Source: Paragordius varius (Eukaryota; Animalia; Nematomorpha). From it: a DNA stretch of 64,000 nucleotides. The translations under genes and the position numbers were made by a program. Of the stretch, positions 11,401 to 23,199 are shown piece after piece; within the stretch, counting starts at the first letter, position 1, and the number at the start of each line of letters is the position of its first letter. The notes below the pieces were generated by a model, which searched no databases, was not told where the DNA came from, and saw nothing but the letters and a program-made list of their open reading frames with translations. The stretch is taken from contig OZ176056.1 of the NCBI GenBank assembly GCA_964247055.1, forward strand, positions 2,604,001 through 2,668,000, in the 5' to 3' direction.

Positions 11401-14400
11401 CGAGAGAAAAATCAAGCTTTTAAAATGTGGAGGTTTACCCACCAAGCAGAAGACAAGGAAAAATATAAAAGGATTAATAAGGAACTTAAAAGGCTTGTAA
11501 GATTGGTCAAAAAAGAAAAGATGGCATCATTATATGAAGAGTTAAACAGTAGGCAAGGTTTAAACAAAGTTTTTAAAATTGCTCGACAAAGACACAGAAG
11601 AAAGCTGGACTTGCCCCCTTACGCGACAGCTATTAAAGATAAAAACGGCAAATTACTCGTTGAGGAAGCGAAAATATTGAAAAGGTGGAAAGAATATTTC
11701 CAGGACCTTGAATTGGGCGTCAGTGAAACAAGTTTACCCGAAACACCAGATTATAAATCTGCGCATATTGAAAGTATAACAAAAGAAGAAGTTCAGGCTG
11801 GTTTAGAAGAGATGTCAATAAATAAGGCTGCAGGTCCAGACGATATTAACATAAACTGTTGGAAAATATTGTCAGAGAAAGGTATTGAATTTTTAGTGGA
11901 TATTTTTAATAATGTAGTTACTATAGGTATGATACCAACCGAATGGAAGGAGAGTTTCACTGTTCCCATTTTCAAGGGTAAAGGAGATATTAATGATTGT
12001 AATAATTACAGAGGGATAAGATTGATGTCGCATACAATGAAGTTATTTGAGAAAGTACTAGAGAAAAGAATAAGAAAAATGGTTAGTATAGAGGGTAATC
12101 AATTTGGTTTTATCCCAAGAAAATCCACCATTGATCCAATTCACGCAGTAAGAAGGTCGAGAAGCATATAGAAATGAAAAAGGAGTTGCATGGAATTTGT
12201 ATTGATATTGAAAAGGCATTTGACAGAATACCTCGGAGCACAATATGGTGGAGCTTAAGACGGAAAAAGGTCCCTGAAAGTTACATAAAAATCTTAAAAA
12301 GCATGTACGAATCACACCAAACCAAAATTAAAACACACCAGGGAATATCAGGTCCTATTAAAATAAACGAAGGGGTCTATCAGGGGTCTGCAATCAGCCC
12401 GTTATTATTTATAATATGCATGGACGAAATTTCAAAAGAAGTAGGGCAACATGATGGCTGGTATTTTCTTTATGCAGACAACCTAATAGTGCTGTCCGAC
12501 GAGTTGCATGAATTAAAAGAATCGGTGGGTAAATGGATTGATGTGTTTCGACGATGCGGATTAAAAGTTAACAAAAAGAAAACGGAGCTGATAAATTTTG
12601 GCGGGAAAAAACAAGAAATAGAATTAGAAGAAGGGTGGGTATTTAAAGGTCAGGAAGAATGCAAATATTTAGGAGCGATATTAGCAGCTGATGGTTCTTT
12701 AACACTTAATATTAATTTAAGAATTCGAAATAGTTGGGCAAATTATAAAAAGATCTCAAGTGTGTGCGACAAATTGACCTAAAAGTGAAGGGTAAGATTT
12801 ACAGTGCTGTTGTACAACCAACAATGATGTACAACTCACAGACATGGGCAATAAAGAAATCAGAAGAGAGGCACTTTGAGGTTACTGAAATGAGAATGCT
12901 TAGATTGATGTGCGGTGTAATGAGGAATGACAAGGTGAAAAATGTCTACATAAGAGGAAGTACGGAAATCAAATCGGTAAAGCAAAAGATGATGGTAAAT
13001 CGTTTAAGATGGTTTGGACATGTTGAAAGAAGAGATAAAAATGGTAAAAAGATTGATGATTATATTGTAAAAGGCAAGAGGGGAAAAGGGCGCCCTAAAA
13101 CGCGATGGATAGATACAGTTAAGAGGGACTTGGCAAAACTGAACCTAAAACGCGAAGACGCCTTAGACAGGGTTCTATGGCGAAATAGTTTACGGATATG
13201 ACCGCTCGAAAGAGTGATATCATATAATGTAATTATTATTATTATTATAAAATTATGGTTAATATTTTACCAGAAAATATTTTATACAAAATACATTTAA
13301 AAGAATTTTTTTATTAAGGATTAAAATAATATTATAAATCTAAATCGAATAAAAACTTGATATCCATTCGTTAACACCGTTTGCCGTTATCTCAGCTTCT
13401 AAAAATTTATAAAAAAATAAATAATAAAATTAATTTCAAATTTTAAAAAATCTAATAAGTTTCATACGATCAGATATGCGATTTAATACTACATATTTAT
13501 AAAATATATGATAATCGTCAGAATTTTTTAAAAGTAATTTTTAAGAATGAATTGTAAATATCAAAAATAATTTACATTCTCTCATTGCAGTCATAGCTAT
13601 AAGGACGCAAAAAATATTTGATTAAAAAAATATTTGATTAAAAAACCAAAAAATAATTTATATAATAAATAATTGAGATAATAGTTTTAGAAATTAATTC
13701 TGAATTTTATCAGTATAATTTATATTTATAATACAGTAAAAATGGAAAATAAACGGACAAAGCCTGAAAAGAGATATATTTCAAAAGATACTTTTTTGCA
13801 CCTGAAATTATCCTATAAAAATCCTTTTATAAAAATCGTAGAAACAAAATTGATTGTGATAGACATTTTTTGAGCAATGTCACACTTATTAAAACTTAAT
13901 TTGTCAAATATCTTCATTTCGGTCGTCAAAATAAGTAACGAATTAAATATAAATTTAGTGTCTTTTAAAAAAAAATATTTTTACTTTTTGACAGTATAAT
14001 TTAAATTTTACTGTACAATTAATGATAATGAAATAATTAAATTATTCCCCTATAAACTGCTTCTTTGATATTTTTACTTACATCTTCGCAGCACAGGGTA
14101 TTCTGGGCTAGTGCCAACATCTCCGGGATCATCAAACACGTCTAGATATATATTACAATTAATATTTTAATTAAATGATATAAAAACTCTCAAAACTAAA
14201 AATATTATTCAGTTTAGAGTTTCATTTTTCTCTTTTAATATATTTAAATATAGAATGGACTTTAAAAAGGCTTTAACACCTGCCTGCTTTAGACTTACAT
14301 ACTTTCTAAAAATTGGCATCAAAAGTTAAACCATTCCAATTACCTACTATGTCGAATAAACGCCCAAATTATAATTTATGCAATAATCTAAAAATGAATA

Positions 14401-14882
14401 AAATAAATTACGGAAAGTTTCTTCATCTTCTCCGATTTCCGAATCAGATCCTTCTGACATTTCATGAGCTTCTTCATTTGGCTCGGCCTGTTCTGGAATA
14501 AATTTTAAAAAAAGTTTCTTTATTTTCATGAAAAAATTTAGATAATTTTATATATATTAATTATAATATGACTTGACTAAGTGTATGATCCATGGAATTG
14601 TAATTAGAGAATAACTTGATTATATCACAATTTTTTGATTAAATTAAACGTATGAGCCTCAATTAGCATTTAATGTAAAATATTTGACGCATAAATATAA
14701 AAATTAGCTTAATCATTCAAACTTTCGTATTATTCTTACATTCATAAGAGACTTTATTCACCTAATTGAATTAAAAGCACTAAAACTTTTATGATAAATG
14801 TAATATTTCTAGAATAGGAGTACTTAACACAATAACTTCTTAAGGCGCATTTTTGACTCAAAAACCCCGACGTGCCTCATTT

Positions 14883-14913
<31 letters not shown>

Positions 14914-17900
14914 TGGGGATAAGTAAATATTTTTTATTTCAAACATAAGACTGTAAAATTACACCAATATAACATTTTTTTCAGTTTAAAAATTTGCTTA
15001 ATTAACATTTACAAAGATTTTATAAGCTTTTTTGCAAATTATGGATTTTCAAACTTCCCAGGCCGCGCATAAGAGTCGCGTAATGGGGACCCCTGTTCTA
15101 GACACCTAATAGTTAGTACTTGATATAAAATTTTATAATTTTAACCAAATTGGACAAATTTAAAAACTCGACGAAATGCCGTGTAATAAAAGATATCTCG
15201 ATTGCACACGATTAATATATAAGGATTAAATGGTTCCAAGGGATGATTTAAGAAAGATATAACCACTAATACTTATTCGATAATTGTTGTTTCGATTTAA
15301 ATATAAAAATCTAATAGAAGCTGCTAAAGGTAAAGCAATGCTTTTATATATAAGTTTTTTAAGGAGAATCATATATTTTTTGGTAAAATTGTCTAATTTT
15401 CCTAAAACAAAAGCATAAATGCCGAGATTGTACGACAGAATGTTCATATAGATTAAAATAATAATTTGTCAGGTGGGGCTAACGCTAGCGAGTTTATCAT
15501 TTAGTTAGTTTATAATAATAATGCTAATACTTCATTAAATATATATATCAAAAAAAAATTTAGAGAAAGGATTCGAAACATGTAATCTTATTACCATTAA
15601 CTTCTCGGGGTTGTCCTTCATCCAAAACCTGTTCATTCGTAACTTCGGATTCCGGAACATTATCTTATAGGGGTAAATAAAATTTGTACCATCTAATAAA
15701 GTTTCATCGAAATCGAGAATTGAATCTATAAAATAAAAAAATTAAACAAATTTACCAAATAATTTATGTGTTTAGGAATGTTGATTTCTTGTTACATTTC
15801 CAATGTATTTTTTAAATCAAATTCTCTATAATTATATGTTGGTGAAAACTCCTTGGCATTAAATATAATTATCAATCTAAATGATATAATCATTTCGAAA
15901 GAGGATTATAAATTAATTTCTAATAATTTCAAATTTAGATATAAAAATCGTGTATAAAAAAATATTTTTGAAAAAATAACCGTAATCGATATTGCTGTTT
16001 TCACTCAAGCTGAATTCGGATGCGCTATCATCTAATATTTATAATTTAAATATTTTATTACCTATTAAAAATTAAACTTATTAATTTTTTGGTTTTTTTT
16101 TTCAAGAAAAAAATTATACCAAATTTTGCCATTTTTGGGTCTGTTTAAAATAAATTGAATAATTATATAAAAAGAAAATAAAAATCTCTTACTGCATATA
16201 TTTATAAAAATGAATCTTGTAAAAAAAGGAGATTATTGATTTCGTTAAATATTATCGTCTACCTGGTCCGGCATCTGGAAATTTAGGATATATAAATATA
16301 TATATATATATATATTAATTCAATAAATATAAATGATAAATATCAAAATTAAAACAAAATTTACCCTCAAAAGGATAGGGTCTGGATGATCCTATATGAA
16401 ATATTTGAATATTATGCATGCTTAAAGTTTAGAAAAAATTTAGATGTTTGACCATAATAGCCATTTTCTTGACATTTTTTATATCACAATTCGTTTAATT
16501 TTGAATAATAGATATGTATGATATTTAAAGATTTATAGGCATTCTTTTAAAAACTAAATAATTATAGAAATGTTAGTAATTAATTTTTAAAAAATAAAAT
16601 ATTTAAGTTTTTACCTCTTGAGGTGGAGGGTCTTGGCTCATTCAAGGCATCAACTATTTTAAATCCAATATATATATGTGGAGTAAAAATTTAAATTTAT
16701 ACGGACAAAACGTTTAATTATAAAAACAAATATTTTTCTACAAGACAACCAACCATACTTTATATATATCTTGATTTTTCAAAATATAGCTCATTGTTTA
16801 CAACTAAAATAAAAAATAGAGATATATATAGGTAACACCATCAATTAAGCATTTTACAAAAAATGATTTTATAGGATAAAAGGCTTGAAAAAGGTTGCCT
16901 ATAGAAAAAAAGCTGTCTCTATATTTTCACGTTTTGTCCGTTTATTTCAATTTTTACTGTATTTTTAAGAGATTAAATATATTAAATATTAATAATCAAA
17001 TACTACCTGCGCTAGTTTCTGTAATTTCTTCAGTAGCTCCAACTATAATAATAATATAATTACATTTTTAGCAAAATATATTAAAAATAAATTTATTACA
17101 ATGTTAAAATATATAGGATATTCAAGAATTTTTTCTTATTGATATATAATACCGGCTGTCTCTGCGCCTTCTTGAGCGGCACCCGCTAAAACTAATATAT
17201 ATATAAATCGATTATAAGATTTTTTCTAAAATTTTACAAAAGGTACATTAATTTTCCAAATGTGCATTTTATAAAGTTCTGATAACGCTTTAACCACAAA
17301 CTTATGACATAGTTTTTAAAATCGTAATTCAAATCGCTTATAATTCCCATTGAACAAAAATATTTACATTTGTTATATGAAATAATGGGTATAAATAAAC
17401 TTGAATGCAAATTGAAATCATCTTAAAATTATTATTTTAAATTTAAAACTCCATAGTATAAAGTCCGTCGAAATCGATAAATTATCAAGTACTTATGATA
17501 GAGTATGCACATTGGTGTGGTCATCTTATATTTTTGACCAATTGGCAATTATGGGTAAAAACAACAAATGTTTGAAATTCCAATTTTCTTTTATTTTAAA
17601 GTGCTTATATTTAATTATTGACAAAATTTGTTAAATATATTAACTATATTACGGACTAATTTTAATGTGTCTATTATTGTAACTGAAAAACACTTTTTCA
17701 GATACTAAAAAAAAGGTTTAATTTCTCTAAAGCAAAAAAATGTACCTTCTCCTGCACCAACGATTCCTGTCCCTGCTTCTATTCCTGTGGCGGCAGCTCC
17801 ACCCGCGGCTCCTGTTCCTAACATTATATCAGCCAATAAAATATTCATTTTCATATTTGAAATAGAGACTCTGAACAAAAGTTTAATGCTTATTGCATTA

Positions 17901-20900
17901 AAAAGTACGTTTAAAATTTACTTATCTTAAAAATTTAGGTTTAAAACCGACAATTTTAAAAATTAACAGGGATTAGGCTTTATATCATTTGCAAACTTTT
18001 TTATATATTAAAAAACTAAACTTAGCATAAATTAGCTGTTTATTGATTACATTTTTATTTAATTTGTTCTATTCACAATTAAAACACACTTCCGAAAGTA
18101 TATAAACGAGTTTATTGGATGTTGACTTTTTAAAAAAATTAAATTTTATTGTGCCAATTGCTAGGCAACTATCAATATAATATTTTTAAAATAATATAAT
18201 ATACCTGTTACAACTAAAACAATATTATATATTTGATTATATATCAATTTTTTATTAAAAAAATTTACAACTACCCAAAGCGGTTCCTGCAGTTAATGCT
18301 AAATATATTAATTTTATAACCATTAACTTTTAAACAATTCAGATTCACCCTCGAACAATTTAAATTCACGCTAAAATTAATTATGTGTCAAATAATAATA
18401 AACTAAGCCATAAATATATATTTCATATTAATGAGTTATATTAGCCCGAAAACACATAATTTATTTTTCAGTTAAATTTGAATTGTTCAAGGGTGGATTT
18501 GAATCGTAAATAGTATAGAACCTATGTTAAAACATTGAAAATTATATTTTTTTTATATACATACCGGTTCCTGTGGCAATAGCTTCTAAAATAATTATTT
18601 GAATGATTTGACCATATCATTTTAAATAAATATCATCTTATAAAGCATTAATATCTATTTGAGATGATCCCTAAACCTGCTCTAAAGAATTCATATAATT
18701 AAAAAATCATCCAAAATTTTAATCCCCTTTTACAGATTCGGATTCGTAAATCATAATATTTGAAAATTAACTTAAAATTGGATTTGAGTTTGAATTTGAT
18801 GAATGTTGCACTTGATGAGTGGTCGTTAATTTTGGCGCTGATATTTTTGGTTTCGTATCGACATTTTTACCTAGAAAATATATACAGCAATTGAAATTAT
18901 CCGGACAACACGTAAAAATGTAAAGACAATATTTTTTTCAAAAGACAACCATCCTTTTTTAACCCTTGATTCATCCTATAAAAACATGCAATTACAATCG
19001 TAAAATACATAAGTGATTGTTTTTACCAATTTACACTTCTATATTATACTTTGTAGTTTTAAAACAATGAGTTATATTTAAAAAAATCAAAATTAAAAAA
19101 GTATGGTTGTCTTTTTGAAAAAAATATTTCTTTATAATTTTACTTATTTTCTGTATTTCAATTTATACTGTATTTTTTTGTCATGGATAAAAATTAATCT
19201 AAGGGGCAAACAATGTAATGAAACACATATATATACATATTTATTTATATGGTTAGAAAGGATTAATAACTAAAAAACTATTTTAAAATAAGGCAGTTAC
19301 AATTTTACCAAAACATTAAAAAAATATATTACTTTATTAAAATACTAGCTTGTATCTCGTTCTGTTACGCAGCCCGAGGAAGTCCTTCGGACTTCTGGGG
19401 GGGACTATTTGAAAAAAGGGTTCAATAAAATGATCCATATATGTGGATTATTTCGAAACATTATTTAATAGCTATGATCTCATAGGATTTTCAAATGTTC
19501 ATTCATACTAATACTTTGTTTACTGGTGTAAAGGCCGCAAATCCACGGCTAAAAAAACCGCTATACTATAATTTTTACCTTTACATTGGTAATAATTAAA
19601 GCCTTTATTGAACTCGTATGGATTCTTAAGTTTTTTGGAAATTAGCTCCAAAGCCACGCTATTTTTTTGGCGTTCAGTTTTAAACCGGAAGACCCCTGCT
19701 CATAGGCCTATATAGAAAAAGCGCCAAGTATATTTTTTGCCTTTATAGGGAAAATATTTGGAATCATCTTTAAGACCATCGCCTCATGGATTATTTGAAA
19801 AAATACCTCAACACTAAATAATCGTTATATGACGGCGTATTTTAGGGCATAAAGGCCCCAAATTATCGGCTAATAAAAAAGGGCTGACCTTAGTTTTTTC
19901 ATAGTTACGGGCAATATTTCGAACTTTGAATAAGCTCATTGGCATAAGTTTTCTCTAAATTAACAACGCAATTTCTATATAGTTTCACAGTTTTTAACGG
20001 GTAGCTTTTACCCAGAGAAAGGTATAAAAAGACGCAGGCAAAATCTTTGTCTTAATATGGGAAATTGGAATTATAATGTCCATTTCCATATGTTCCTATA
20101 ATTTCTTGGAAATATAGCTTCAAAACTAAAAAATTGTTCTATGGCGGCGAATTTTTAGGGCGTAAAACCTTTCTTAGTGACTCATTGAAATAACCCCTTA
20201 TACTAAAATATTTGTTTTTAAGGGGTAATAAATATTTTAGGCCCTTATTGAACTCACATAGTCTCATAAGTTTTCTTTATAGTGACGAATTTTTACGCGG
20301 GTAGCCCCCTAAGTATTTAACCGCTAATTTAAAAAATCCGCTGGACTTAAATTTTTGCCTTTTTACGGGTAATTTTTTATTTGGCCTGATTTCTGAAATT
20401 TAAATCCTAGACAAAGCATTTTTATAGTTTGCGCAGTTTTAGGTGGCTAGCTCCCTGCCCAGAGGCTTTACGTAAAAGCGCCTGATCAAAATTTTGCCTT
20501 TTACGGAGAATACCTGGAATCATGGTTAATTCCATATGTTCTCATTAGTTTTTGGAAAAATTGCCTCAAAATTAAAAATCTTCTATGGTGGATTTTTCAG
20601 GGCGTAAAGGGCCTTATTAACAGCTAATTTGAAAAATCAACTCGACTTAAGTATTTGAATTTTTACGGGTAATATTTTAAGCACGAATTGAACTCATATG
20701 GTAGATTTTCTGAAATTTAGCCCCGAAGCACGCTATTTCGATTGACGGGTCAGTTTTTCGCGGGTAGCTCCTTATTCAGCAGCTATCATCAAAGAAACGC
20801 TTGACTAAAATTTTTGCCTTTTAACGGGGAATACCTGGAATCCTTATTGAATTTTTACGGTCTCATAAAGTCATTTAGGATCCATGGGCCTCGGTAATAC

Positions 20901-23161
20901 ATTGGGCGAAAAATAAATTCAAAAATCATTGTTGACCTAATTTTTTTAAAAAAATGGTATTTGACGGGAGAGCGGGTAAAAAAGGGCCTAAATTAAAAAA
21001 GCAGGCCGACTATGTTCAGCGCAATCGAAAATAATTAAAAAGTAACCGAATGGTCCAACAAGTTTTCGGAAAATTTGTCTCATAGACACTTGTGGACTTC
21101 TGTTTTCAAAAATCCCGTTTTTACACGGGGTGGGCCCGAACTGGGGACCTAATTCAAAAAAGGGCGAAGCTTCGGGGCATTTATTAATGATTATGTTTCG
21201 TCATTTGGATTTGAATGGGTTTACCGATTTTCAGGCAAATCAAAGCCATCACTTTCCCTTTTTATAAATATATAGCTTTTTAAATATTTAAAATGTGTGC
21301 TTATAAGTTACTTCAAGAAATTATATATATTTGCTTTTTATAATTTTTCTTCTTTATTCTATTAAATTTGTCTAAAAATATACAGGCTAATTTTGCTTAA
21401 AATAATTTTTAAAAACACATTTTTTCTAAAACTTTTTTTTAATATAATGGCAGATAAATATACTTGTTACTCTACTTGTAGTGATAGGTTTAGGTGTCTT
21501 TTCTGTTTTTGACTGAGTTTCATCTATCCAATAGTAATAATTAATATCATAAATAAAAATAAAGATATCGTTTATTAAACATACAGATATTAGTTTTATA
21601 CGTATTTATTCAAAAACATATATTAAATATTTTTTTACATATTTACGATTAAAGGATAAATGAAGATAGATTATGTGTTAAAATTAATTTGTATTTTCAG
21701 CAAATTTTAGCTTAAATTATTCAAAAATATACTTAAACTAGTTTTGAGCACAGCCTTTGTCTGGGTGATATTGAATACTTTAACGGTTGAATCTATCAAA
21801 GGGCAAAAAAGAAATTAATTGAATTATATACAGATAGGTAAAAGCTTTACGATATTGAATATCAAAATCATTAGATCAACGAATAAAAATAAAAAAAGGC
21901 GTCCTAATCCTAATGCTTCATAGGAAATATTTAGAATCTCCATTGTCCTGGTTTTAAGGCTCACAAGATATAGCTATAAAATTTCACACTTAAATTTTAA
22001 TCTAGAATTGAGATTATACGGTAAAATTTAATTTTTATTTTAACTATCTAAAATTTATTTTATATATTATAGATAATATATTTGTACGATTAATTGAATA
22101 TATCGGGTTAAAAAACTTATATTAAAAATTTTTTTATAATTTGCACCACAGGGGAAGTAGCGTTTAATTTAAACGATATCTCAAATATTATATATATATA
22201 TATATATTATTTGTATATTTGACATAGAAAAAACTTCTATTGACTCATTTGTCCATAAAAGTTTTCCAGAAGCCGGGATCAAAATCCAAAATGGCGCCAA
22301 AAATAACAATCCAAATTAATATTTGTTTTTTTAATATATGCTTTTAAATTTTATTTTAAAATATATGTCTATTTATTTCAGAATTTTTGAAGTAATAGCT
22401 GAGTGTTATATCAGATTTTTCATAATTGTAAGACTTATTTATAGCAGGGTTATATTTATATAAAATGCGTTTAAAACTACAAATAAAACCCAAACCGACA
22501 TAAAAAATATTGATTTTACTTGATGATTTTTGTTGATTGTGCTGCTGCCTATTAACATTTTGAGTTTTGGGTGATTGGTAGGCCTTCATATCCCTTTTAA
22601 ACATTTCTAAAAATTCATAAATATTACATACACACACTCACACATATTTATAATATATATATATTAATCTTATTAATAAATAATTACCAATAATTTTGAA
22701 ATTAAATTGATCGTATGTATCTGTGATATTTGATGATTGCGATTCATGTTGTAACATAACAGCTATATAGTCAAAAAATATACCATTTTTAGTTAAAAGC
22801 AACACTTTTCCAAGAAAATGCTATATTTTTTTAAGCATATGCAACATTTTTCAAGCAAATACAACATTTTTCATTCCGTTTTAACGTTGCACATATTAGT
22901 TTAATATACCTTGACAGCTTACAAAAATGATCAGTACTTTTAAAACATATATTACGTGATAATAATTAATAAAAAAGTAATAAAACCTAAAATATTAAAA
23001 TTTAGTAAAAAAATTCTATTATACATAATCTTCATATATAAATATAAAACCAAACATACATGTTTTATAAAAATATTTAATAGTAATAACTTTGATAGAT
23101 TAGGAGAGAAATCTGTCGCATTTTCTCTTGATAATGTATTTCTAATGATAAAATAATAATT

Positions 23162-23199
<38 letters not shown>

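Noticed and set aside
11038-12315. Minus-strand ORFs within the LINE, also 54612-54806 and 59948-60283
   Set aside because: Antisense shadows of real coding sequence with no independent features.
14295-14310. Possible 3-nt exons (TTTAG|AAA|GTATGT here; CCATAG|GTG|GTAGAT near 9830)
   Set aside because: Such patterns arise easily by chance and cannot be supported without transcripts.
21312-21371. 60-nt AG..GT island next to two real-looking 60-nt MEG-1 exons
   Set aside because: It has a stop in all three frames (TGA in the phase-1 frame). At most a dead exon, so it was excluded from the model.
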